Below, in pieces: positions 11,501 to 23,753 of a stretch of DNA of 64,000 nt. Under the pieces are notes generated by a model. It was not told the DNA's origin. It saw nothing but the letters and a program-made list of their open reading frames with translations, and searched no databases. The stretch covers positions 9,260,129-9,324,128 of the forward strand of contig OZ037769.1 in NCBI GenBank assembly GCA_964035545.1. Direction: 5' to 3'. The stretch comes from Bugula neritina (lineage: Eukaryota > Animalia > Bryozoa). The stretch's first letter is position 1, and each line of letters begins with the position of its first letter. The translations under genes were made by a program, and so were the position numbers.

Positions 11501-14500
11501 ATTCAGAATGAACAGCACCCCTTCAATAGACTTTTGGAGCAATGCGCTAGATAGCTACTGTGAAGACAACATGGACCAAAATATATGCATGGAATACATG
11601 TTCAAAGATGTGTTCACTTTTTATGACGTGGGGTATGCTATAGACATATCTGGAGACCCCAGCTCAGCAATGCTTGGTTAGTATTTGTTTTAGCACTACT
11701 TTAAGGTAGTTATATTACTATATGGTGTATTGTTTATAACATTTCTGGTAGCATGGTATGTTAACAGATCCAAGTTCTGCCGATTTATTAGAACCTGAGA
11801 AAGTCTTGCTCAACTTTAGTACCAACACTTATTTGAACGAAATGTTTATTCCTATAATTTATTTCCTCCACTAGGTTACCATGTAACAGCTGTCATCATG
11901 GCAATTGGTTTGGTTGGCAATATTCTGGGACTAGTATTGCATTTCACCAGATGTACGACCCAGTTCCATGTGTACTTGACATTCCTTTCTATAATCAATA
12001 TGGTAAGTTTATTAAACACATGTAATTAGCAAGTTCATTAGGTTTGTAATTGCCTACATCCAATATATTATATGTTTAAAGCATATGGAGCATACAGTAT
12101 TGCTAACATATGTGTGCTTTACCAGCTAGCTTTTCCTTATACATTTCCTTTGCAAGCTACCATGAAAGTTATTGACCCAATATCCATTTTCACTAAATTA
12201 AAATCAATATCTCATAGCAACAATATTTAATGTCATGCTATTTACGGGATTGAACTTTTCTCAAGTTTCATGATGAACGGTTACCTGGATATACTGAAGG
12301 TATATACTGGGATATACTGGGCAATACCATGTATTCAATGTTGCAGGTATACTTATGCACTGCAAGTCTAGCACAAGCTCTGCACATATCTGGGGCCATA
12401 GACCCTGTAGTCCTACAGTCTAATGTGGCGTGTAAACTCTGGCCTCCCCTTATAGAAACAGTGAATGATATCACCGGGTGGACTGTAGTTGTTATGGCTT
12501 TTCAGTTACCTATCAGAAGTAAATACCATAGCCCTGCCTCCAACAAGAACACCAGTCTCAGGCTATTCTATGTAAGCTTGCTATTTCCTCGGGCATATCT
12601 CACTGTCCCCTATACTTACAGTTCAGTTTAAACTCCTTAGGCTACCATTAAATTTGAAGATAATGTTATTTCATCTATTATAACTTTAGCATGGTATATC
12701 ATTTGCCTGTTCAATCAGTAACAATTTAGTGAAGTTATTGGCATTATTTTTAAACTTACAGGCTAAGCTACAGTGCACTAGCATTACAATTCTGGTTTTG
12801 TTCTTGCACTACAGTAGCACACTACTGCGGGATCAAAACGACGACAAGTGTACTGTATCCCCAAGAGCAGGAAAGTTCTATAGGAATGTTTGGCCATGGA
12901 TACAAGCCACTTGTGGCACTTACATGTATGTTAGTATGTAGTTTATCTACACTGAATTATGATGGTGCGTACTAGTGTGTGGCAGTCTATTTATGCAAAA
13001 ATATTAGAGTAATATATAGCGTAATTAGAGGTAAAAACTAGCAAATTCTACACACTAGTAATTTACTACATCAAAAAAGACAATTAAATTTTAGTTCAAT
13101 TTAAACTTGATATGAAAATTTACAGGAATTTGTTCAAAATGAATGTAGGAAAATTAACCTACAATTAATATTTACTTTTAAATCACTTCTGTCCAATGAA
13201 ATGGTAATGGAAGTTAAGGAACCAATCACTAATATAGAACGTTTGACATCACGAAGATGAAATTACCCTTCTTCAATAATTATATTAAATATACTTAAAA
13301 TATTTTACCATCTATCAAACTCAAAATACAGCTCAGGAAAGAATTTTAACTTCTTACTAATTAGTTTCATGTCAGAACCAGAGTTGCACACAATGATGAG
13401 ATGATAGTGAAAGGCTTCGTTAAACTATCACTAAAAGCGAAATTGATGGGTTTCTGGTGTAACTACTTCCACCATTATATAAGATGATAGTAGGTCTAGT
13501 GAATAACAAGTATAATCAAATAAAATTTAAGCACTTCTTATCAAGTTTTCAACAGTTTTCTAAATATCTTCACAAAACTGCAAAAATTCACTCAATATTA
13601 AAAAACTTCACACTTTCAAGTAATTGATAGTTCGAAAAACTTGAAATTTTAAAATTTTTCAAATTTGAATAAGATTATACCTGGAGACCCCTTAAATTAT
13701 ATATATAATGATTATTTTATATTATAATACTTGGTATAGTGTTGTTCCATTGCTACCAATATTACTTGTTTATTCCTATTATACTTTAGACCGTGTATTG
13801 CTTCCATTGTGATCATAATCAAAAGAGTTTTTGAAGCACTAAAGATGCAAGCCGAAGAGCGGTGTAGTTCGTTTTGTGGGGTTACTATATGCATCTGGTA
13901 CACCATACTGACAACTGCATGCAGGTAAAACAAGTGCTGTGTCTATATGCTATTTGTATAAATTATAACTCCCTTAGGGAGTACAGAGTTTGATGTCATG
14001 GTAACAGGGCGACACTCATTGTAACTAACAAGCTAAGCTCATTACCTATGCACACAGAAACATTGCTACTAGTCTCAGGGCAGCAAGCTGATGATCTTGC
14101 AATAACAAGTTTCATGTTCTAACTACGCTGACTGCCATTTTGTGAACAGTAACCAAATAACATTTCTTGATTTAATGCCAATTGAAAGTGAGAAAAAGTA
14201 TGTGCTGTTTACATAGAGTTATTTAAAAGCTTATGCCACTATTATTATCAATATAAAACTATGTATATCATATGTTGCATTTATAGCTTCTTCACTACAC
14301 CAACTATACTATACTAATTATACTGTATGTATGTAATCACAGTGTAGAAATCAATGCTTCTATCATCCCTGACACTCCCTTAAACAGTCAAGTCTTGACA
14401 TACTAGATATAAAAACTGTGTTTTCTGGCTTTCCTTCATCAGAAACAGGATATTCTAACAGTTTCAAACAATTGTAGGATGGTAGTGCTACCTTATGAGT

Positions 14501-17500
14501 ATTATTTGCTCACATCAAGTAGTGAAGACAACTCCAACAAAGTGACATTGGTACACTTGGAGCTAGCACGAAACCTTTGTGAAACAACCATGCATTCTTT
14601 AGCCGTACTACCAGCATTGGTGTTGATGCTATGTAGATAAATATATCCATCAACTGTACACATATACAAGAGGATTCACAAACACGTTATGCTAATCTGA
14701 CACATGTAATAGCTTCACCTACCTATGATAATGTTACGCCATATAAAAGTATAAAAGACCCGAGAAAGGCAAGCCTTTATCAAATAATTATTCAATGCAA
14801 TAATTGACATATATTTTTATTGATTTCTCCCAAATACAAAATCCCATCTTACTCCCCTGTTTGTTGTATTTATTGCCTTTGGCCATGGAAATTAAGTTTC
14901 AATCTAAGGACACATATACCTTTAGAGGGTTGATTAAAATTCATCCTGTCCTTGGCATGCACTCCATCAGTGTCCCAGTGTCTGCTTAATTGCTTCCAGT
15001 TGGTTACAGCCACTGGATCCACAAGACACACGACATGGTGCACAGTGTCGGGCACAGAGTCCTGGCCTTTCAAATCAATCCACACTGGAAAGTTCATCAG
15101 TCTGTCCTGAATATAAAATAAATATGTAACGTGAAAACTAGATGGACTTCTTTAACCTCTGGTGCCAATATTATAATATAAGTGAATGCACTAGTAAAGC
15201 ATATAAAACCTCAAGCTGTATATATGATATACTGTATGATGTAGAATTATATATACTATATATACTATATTTCTTGGCATGCTGTAGAATCATAGATATC
15301 TACAAGATGATGTATGTTTTTTATAGTATATACACACAGAATCATATCATACATGATTGCTTTATATAAATTGTAGTATATTATACTCTATTGTACATTA
15401 TATTGAAAACATTATATATAATATATAATTATACTATATTGAGTTATATTGCATTGGATGATACTGTATTGGATTATATATTCTACCGTACTATACGGTG
15501 AACACACATATATTTTAACTCACAGCCATTCGACGGACATCAGGAGAATGTAGTGTGGCAGAGCAGACAACCATTTGCAACTTTTTACCATCCGCCGTCA
15601 CTTTGGGTATTTTAGCATGCATTCTGTTAATAAGATCTGTGTTACCCTGAGAGAGCAATCCATCCTGCAAGGAAATTGCACACACTTCTCAAACATTTTG
15701 AGAAAGCAGATAATAACCAGTGAATGCAGCCATGAACATGTTCAACAGTGAGAACTCTGTGGTAATTCGTAATTAACACTTTACTTGTCCATCTTGCATT
15801 TTCAACTCATTCAGATTTTGTCATTATTCAAATAAGAAAAAACATACATCCTGTATTACTCCTAAATTGTATTCATTACACAACTAACTCAACGAGGTAT
15901 GATATGAGCCACTTACAGCTTCGTCTAGAACAAAGAATCGAACTTGAGACAAACTTAGATTCCCCGTAGATACAAGGTCTTCTATTCTTCCCGGAGTGCC
16001 GCATACAATATCAACCTATAGAAATCAGCCATGTGTCATAACCTGCTGGAACTATGCATTTTCTGGTCAATAAATTTCACAGAATTTATCAAATATACAA
16101 AGCACTTGAATTTAAATATAATAAGTTAAAAAAATATGCAGTTGATCACTGGGCCAAAAACCACTCATTGCACTACCAAACAAAGTTTCAAACTGTGAGT
16201 ACAAAGCATTAGTGATCCCATTATAAACAAAGACAACTCAAAGTTTAATCACCATCTGATCATCTTTCCAATTCCAAGATGGTAGACATTATAAACTCAC
16301 TCCACTTTTCAATGCTGCTATTTGTTCTTTTACCGCAATACCACCGACACACAGGAGTTCTGAGATACCAGGAGCAGCCAACTTCTTCTTGAAAATGTTT
16401 ATCTGTTTATGGGTTTGTTCAGCTAGCTCCCTGGATGGCTACAAAGTCATTTGAAGATACATATTCAGGTTGGTTTACATTAGAAGTATACTAAATAGGG
16501 TGTACAAATATATAGATATAAACAGGTGTATATTGTATATATAAAACCGATAGAAACATACGAAAGTAAAGCCAAACTTTCCACAAGTTTCATATTCAAT
16601 ATAGATTGCAAACTAATATCAAAATATTGTAAGCGTTGACTAATGAAAATACTGAGTCATCGTGTTTATCTGCTACCCTATGTGCAGGAAGTCCCAAGCT
16701 TCAGGTTCTTGAATATTCTGAAACATGGCTGGGTATGGCAATGTCTCTGACGGGTTAATAAGAGATCAATGAACAATATACAGGTGGTCTTCAATAATAC
16801 ATGTCTTTAATGACACAACTGAGATAAGCAGATAAGTGCATTTTTTTCCACACAAGCACCAGCTAAACTGGAGGTAATCATAAAAATAGAGCAATAGACA
16901 TACTTCAAGAATGATGGCATATGGTGCGTTATTAGCTTTTGTTTTAGATGCCACGGCACCAGAACCTACAAAAAATAAAGCTATATATTTCTAAAGTTAC
17001 ACACAATTTCCTGTTGCCCTTTACACTACATCACGTGTGCTCAGCGTTTCAGATTTTGAGAATATTTATAATAGATGAAATGTCCAAATTATCAAAAGTG
17101 TCACTGTTGGCATCGCAATAATGTGTACTAACCTGAGAAAACTTTCATCAAGCTCTGCTTAACATATCTAACCAAACATTTTTTCAACAATTGAAATTTA
17201 TTGCCCCTTACATGCATGCTAGTACAATAAATGATTTTTGGATAGATTCTAGAGTCAATTATTTTGAACATTTCATAAATTCAGTATACTAAGGTATAGT
17301 AAAAATGGAGGGTATGAAGTTCTCACTTCACGTTCTGCCAGTTGAGCAAAGTACTAGGCCAGAGAAGCGCACAGGTTGCATTTCATCTTTATTTTTCTTA
17401 CATAACAGACCAAACTTTCTTATATAACCAACCTTTCTTATATGACCAACCAAACAACCTTGAAACCTTGTGGTTCTGTTCCTAGTAAGATACTAACTAC

Positions 17501-20500
17501 TAATTTTCATCTACTTGCTTGCTATAAATAACTATAAATAGCTATAATAGCTAACAGTAGCTAGCTATACAGCTGAGTCAAGCTAGCTTTAAATTTGAGT
17601 TAGTAATCAAAACCAGTGGTGGAACGGGCACAAATCCCAGCCCAGGTGAAGTGCAAGAAAAAACTTGACAGAGGGTAAATGGTATTACTTTCAGTTCATA
17701 GCTTTCAGACATGTTTATTCAGCTGATAGGCTGATTATCAGCCACCAGAATGCAGAGTTACTCACCAACAACTGTTGATGCTCTGCAACACTTCTCACTG
17801 GCTCTGTTCAGCGCTATATGTCCCTCAACAGGCTCATACTTGAAAGGGGAGTCCCCAAAGTTAAACTTCATCTCGGCATTCTACAATAGTGATGAAGTTA
17901 CCTGCCCACAAAACTGGTACACACTTTAGATAGAATAACTCAGGAAACAGGCTGATATGTAGAATAAACTAAGTCAGGCAGGTGCACCGAGAAGTGGTAC
18001 TGAAAACCTTCTAAATTAAATAACAGAGAAAGTTTTGAGGGTATGGCTTGAGAAGTCATTTTACTGCAGAGGTGCAGTTGTTAAACAGTAAGCAATAAAA
18101 CATGGAGTACATGTTGAATACACTTTGAGTAAATATTAATTCACAATGACATATTATCTCAGTCTTGTTCTTTTAGCTTTGCCGCAGCTCTTCATTTATA
18201 GTATTACAAATTTAGTATTAACAGAAACACAAAGCGTAGCATATATTTTTGGTAATTATAGTGCAGCTTGAAACACAGGGTATACATAGTCTGAGAAAAC
18301 AAGCAATTACCAGCGATTAAGAACAAAGTTACTGCTAGAAATTAAAATTAAAATAATCTATTTTCAAAACATAACAAAACTACTTGACAATATTTGATAA
18401 CCATTTTCCATGGATTAAGAATCTGAGAACACAGGTATATGAAAAGGCTAACTGACTGACTTGCACCCTTTCATTCCTCACATTGATTGCATTAAGTAGT
18501 TTTGATTAGGTTTTATATTACAAATGATTTTAGTGCATCTACCATCTATTACAATGATAATGCATCAATTAACTGTAAACTATTACCTTCAACACAACTG
18601 CAGCATAAAATTCACTTCTTTTCAGGTCTTTGGGGATATCGAAGGCTAGCCCCAAATCTTCCCCGTTTTTGGTATAAGCTATTTCACTAGAATCTAAGTC
18701 TATGTAACAACCAAGTACATCGTGTTGTCCGAACGCCTAAACAACAAAAATATACAAGAAGTTATAACACAGTTTTCATATCAAACCATTTATAAGAAGT
18801 AATAATCGTGTAACATGCATCAATACAATACAATATAGTGCCAAGACTCAATACACTCAACATGCTTCTTGTATAAGTTTGAGTTTTGAAGTACAACTAA
18901 AACACAAACAGAGTACGTGTTTACCAAAAGTTAATAGCCTAACAATTTGCTTTCGAGTCAATGAACAACAGCTACCAAGTTAATGTAAATCAAATACCGT
19001 TCCATAGTCATCAAATTGTTTATTGTTGGACTTTTTCCCAGTTCCACCAAAACCAAAGCCAAATTTGTCAGTGCCAAGGTTTCGGTTTGCTTTTTCAGTG
19101 GCCCAACCAACACGACACAATCCTTCGTCTGTTACAGTAGCTTCATAGTAGTATTTACCTACAGGAGTATTAATCGGGCTGTAAGACACATTTATTGTAT
19201 AAACAGAGCCACATCTAGTACCACGGTGTACAGGTGGACTAGCTATGAGCTCTATAAACAAATGGCTCTGGGTGTCGGTTGTCCGTAGCTACAAAGACAA
19301 GTCCCATTTATGCATTACCTGTCACACCACTCAGTCTCACACACTTGTATTCTGTTTTACTAACCTGAGCCAAAAACAGCCATTGAAGATCTCGTACCAT
19401 GCCAGCCAGCCTGATCACGGCTTTGGCAAAGCAACCCACTGCTATCAATAGCTACAATGTAGGAAATGAATGCTAGACAAAAATTAGGACAGCCAAGGAT
19501 TCTTGAAACTTGCGAAAAACATTCTAATGAATAATTCTTACAGTTACTTTAGAGATAAAATATTTTAGAATTTTATAAAAATATTGAATATGGAATTGAC
19601 TTTTTGGAGATGCAAAAAATATTTCTTGAAAATGGTCAAGTTGTAAAAAATAAACTGAGTTTAGAAGAAAATATCATAGATAATGGGCTATAAAATCAGT
19701 CAATAAAAAAATCAAAGAAGGGTCTATAGTTCGGGCTTTAGAAACTAGTTTGAAGGTGAATTTATACTTTTTCTAAAGAAGTGCTAAATTTAAGTTAATT
19801 CAACTCTGCTGCCACCCTTTTATGAATGACTTTGCTTTTATAATACAAAAAATACCGAAATCGTCTCTATGTCACATTAGTTTCAACGGAAAAACAGTCA
19901 GAGAATTATAATGGAATAATGTAAGTGTGGCAACTACCAACCAACATACAACGGCATTCTAATATCCCAACATATCAACTTACAAAAATGCTATGTACCA
20001 GAGAGAGAAAACAAGAGACTAAAACAAGTGAGAGACAAGAATAAGAAGACTCTAGGAAGAGAGCCACTGCTCAGGCCCACATGATAACTTGAGTAAATTT
20101 GTTGGCCTCAGCAGCCACAGAAATGAGTAGACAGACTGTGAAACCAGTTACAAGATGATTTCAACTTCCTAACTACGAGTGACTACTAGTTACACAACCA
20201 AGTGCTGTCTCATGTCCTTCATGACCTTTGTATATTAAGTTAACTATTCACAAGGCTATGACTTCTCACTGCGTCTTAATATTATAGACTACTGTTGAAT
20301 CGCAGTGTGTGCTTATGCATGTGTGCATGTGTGTGCTAGGGCTAGACCTACTGTACATACCCATTTTAGAATCTCTATCAAATGCATTCATTCGCCATTC
20401 TTTAGCAGTCACATTTCCTGTAAAATACATGACACACACTAAAACCCCACGCCATTACAACATTGTAACAGTAAAAAGTAATTATTATAATGCGTAGTTG

Positions 20501-22609
20501 AATGACATATTTAGGCTTAAAGCACATTACCTCCATTGGCTGCAGGGTCCTTCATAACTCCAGTCCCTTTTGAGCTAATACTTTCCCACACAATTTGTAT
20601 AATTGGTAGACAGAATGCCTGAATGTATATCAACATAACAATTGTAGTTGTATAAATATGCAGCAATTTTTTGTACCATAAACAATAACAATATATGAAT
20701 AGATTTCTGTACAGCTTACACCAGTTTTACCAGAACCCGTCTCAGCAGCCATGAGAACATCTCCACCTCCCAGTATGAGAGGAATAGCTTCAGCCTGAAT
20801 ATCAGTTGGTAGCCTAAAATTTATCCATATATTAAGTTGCTTTAAACACCATATTTTGTTATAAATAGAAAATGTATTATTATGAAAGGTAGGCTAAAGA
20901 ATCTATGGCATATGATCAACATAGTATAAAGTAAAAACTGCAACCCTCACAAGTGGCATTGCATGATAAGATACTGCAGTGAATACTACTGTGAAGATCT
21001 GTTGATGTATCAGCTACATCTTTATAGGTTACAGGAAGCCTCAATTTAGAAACTATATAACTTACATCCATTCTATTTCTTCCACTGCGGAGCCTAGCTC
21101 AGGCATAATTCCCATCTCTAAAATAATATTATCACTATATGATCACATGAGAGAACCTTAAAACAAGATGATATCAAACATATTACAATATAGAAAGAAT
21201 GATAAACTTATGTCTCTACAATAACATATCTCCCAAAATATCACACTGCAGCTATTAATTACTTAGATATATTTTAAACTTCATAAAATATTACTTATCA
21301 ATAGTAGCTATCACAGTCATCCTTTAAATTTCGATTTAGTTTATCATCAGTATATTGACATCAGAAATTAGTGCTCAGTGAGTGTTAGCAATCCCAAATA
21401 TATCAGGTATATATATATGGTATTTTAGCATATTTATGAATTTTGGTACTCTGTACTTTCAGTATAACTCAGTAAACACTTGGGAGATGCTTTGTGAACT
21501 TTTAGGGCTATATGGCTCAACACCAAAAACAATAATCATTGAAAAGAATGGTAACTTGCTTATTGGCACCAAAATTATCATATCAACTTCCAGAAAACTG
21601 AAGGAAACAAAAATGAATACCAAAGATGACAAAAATATAGAAATACTGATACTCAGGGTGAGCTAAATGCAGGCTCAATGATAAAGGGTAAAAAAGGCGG
21701 TTGCAGCTTTTTCATATGTTTAATCCGGAATCCTTAAACTCGTCTAGCCCTGGTACTTTGCTTATGTTTTGCTTCACATCAGCCACAGTAATAATCATGT
21801 TCTTCCGTCTTTCTATACACCTCAATTTGTTATTCACATTATTTGGCCATTCTGCATTGCTATTATGCTGAGTTAACTACTTTCTATTTCTTGCCAGAAT
21901 GTTTTGTCTAGTGCTTCTCTAAGTGCATTGTTTTCCTTTCGGTGCAATTTTCCCCTGTTTGTAAGCATCCCATTCTGATTACACTAATCTACTCATTTTG
22001 TATATGGTCTGGCTTACTTACAGCAGGTACATTTTGCTTCAGTTCTCACCACTATCCTATGACTATCATTAATAATACTGATACCATTGGCTTTAAACTT
22101 AGTATGTAAATAGTAAAATACTGAAAGCTAGAGAATTGCTTAATAAAATAAACAAATAAAAATAAACGAAGTAAAAGAAAATTACATAAATTAATACACC
22201 ATTAACTTTTACTAAGCCTAAGTTCTATCAATATTCAAACTTATTGAATGAAATAACAATGAATAAATAATCTATTTATGAGAACTTATCAATTACTAGT
22301 TCTGTTTGATTCAATAACCTACTTAGATAGTTCCTTCACTTACAACTATTCTAACTTTTAGTAACAAATGTAATAATATTAATAATCAATTTAGGTATTA
22401 AATCAGTATTTCTATAACAGTAAAACAGCAAAAACTGATTGTCAGCCCAACACCTACACAAAGGCTAACAATTAAAAAATAATATGGGACCGGAATCAAA
22501 TATTTCTAGCTACAGTTGCACCAACACGTCACTTGCCAACCAACTTGCAGTTGCTAATAATCAGCTTGACAGCCAAGATATAGTAATAATTACCTTCAAA
22601 TGCTGTCAT
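5592..22609 (-). CDS. DDX1: DEAD-box RNA helicase DDX1 with SPRY insert, 20 coding exons, 737 aa
   Basis: Exons (all GT-AG, phases consistent, sum 2214 nt): 22594-22609, 21066-21117, 20720-20813, 20531-20618, 20361-20417, 19365-19451, 18998-19158, 18587-18736, 17766-17880, 16904-16965, 16301-16438, 15917-16015, 15524-15664, 14920-15106, 10028-10174, 8346-8440, 6902-6974, 6488-6603, 6017-6236, 5592-5707. Motifs [22 protein letters not shown] (SPRY), PSRELA, DEA|[23 protein letters not shown]. Confidence 0.96.
8557..9862. repeat. 11-bp minisatellite, ~119 copies, two alternating variants (ACACAGCAGTA / ACACAGAGGTA), in DDX1 intron 15
   Basis: Directly visible tandem array. It produces the three spurious [11 protein letters not shown]-type ORFs on the - strand. 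Confidence 0.97.
11508..14640 (+). CDS. Nested antisense gene: divergent class A (rhodopsin-like) 7TM receptor, 6 exons, 327 aa, inside DDX1 intron 14
   Basis: Exons 11508-11676, 11875-12002, 12347-12571, 12762-12925, 13790-13924, 14478-14640; all GT-AG, sum 984 nt, no internal stop. N-terminal sequon NST, TM1 IGLVGN, TM2 [12 protein letters not shown]3 ACKL...[12 protein letters not shown]2 Cys (DKCT), VWPWI...YIPC (TM5), then TM6/TM7-like hydrophobic segments. Confidence 0.78.
21700..21905 (-). mobile_element. Degenerate non-LTR retrotransposon fragment (R4/Dong-like, RT domain-0 region) in DDX1 first coding intron
   Basis: Across two frameshifts the - strand translates KTFWQEI / [12 protein letters not shown]...[21 protein letters not shown] / [10 protein letters not shown]. 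This resembles the FWxxIW...HNxxAxW...IT..DV...APGxD...FWxK pattern of R4-clade elements. Confidence 0.6.
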
Positions 22610-23249
22610 TGCAATTGCTACTAAAGGCAGAACACCAATATGAATATGTACACAGGCATATACTTCTGTCTTATATTTGTAGATATCAGTCTGTTGCAGT
22701 GTGGGTGTTAGACCTGTTAGATGTGAAATCACTCACTAGATGAGTCGAATATCAATGTGCAGATTTGAGAGTAGGACTAGAACAGTGTCATCTTCACCAT
22801 GTAAACACCTATTAAAATGTAACATTGGTTAACTTCAAGTCAATTCTAGTGTCTACTGTGTTGTGTTCATATCATAATCATTAGCTAGAATATTACTATT
22901 AGTATTACTTTCAGCCATGGTATTACTATTACTATAACACTAACACTCAGTAACAGTAACGCATTTAGTGATTTACAATTACTGATTTAGTTTTACACTA
23001 ACAGTAAGAGTAAGTGTAACACTAACAGTAAGACTAACTCTAAGTGTAACACTAACTGACTTAAAATTAAAGTTTACAGAAAGCAACGCGGTAAAAATTA
23101 ATAAAATGCTATGGGCAGTGATATCAATAAAAATGATTGAAATGAAATAATCTCAATTACTATTACTATTTACTATTAGTAAAATAGTAAAAAAATAATG
23201 TACTTCATACACTTGTGGAAAATGCATGTCTATTAAAAGTTCAAGGTCA

Positions 23250-23650
23250 ATAATTTGACAACTCTCAGAGTTGTGTTTTCTTTTCGGTTCTAAGCAGATA
23301 CGTATCAACTTGATATATTTGTCGAGTACCGGTTTTTTATTCAAAATTACGATGTCTTGTATCGTTTTTAGCCAGATTGATTCACATTAGTAATAATAAT
23401 ATTATTGTTGTAATAATTCAAACGTATGGTTATCGGGAACTGAAGTGAAACCTCGCACTGTAATAGCAACGGCAACATAATCAACAATCGCGGTGTCGAC
23501 AGTGGAGTGAATAACTTGTTCAACAAAAGTCACCGTGTAAATAATAATATTCACTTCGATTGAGCTTAAACGATTCAACACAAAGCGTAAATGCTTCAAA
23601 AGCATGCTATAGCCATTTTTAACTGAATGGCCATGCGTAGTTGATTATCA
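23250..23650. promoter_or_regulatory. Probable CpG-retaining bidirectional promoter (DDX1 / PRODH)
   Basis: Lies between divergent start codons (22609 and 23754). CG dinucleotides are dense here compared with the nearly CpG-free introns on either side. Confidence 0.55.
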
Positions 23651-23753
23651 CAACTCAGAGTCAGACTCTCACTTTCACTTTGTCTGTGGAATCAAACTGC
23701 AAACCAAGCAAGTAATACTAATAGTAATAGTATTACTAATAGTATCAGTGACA

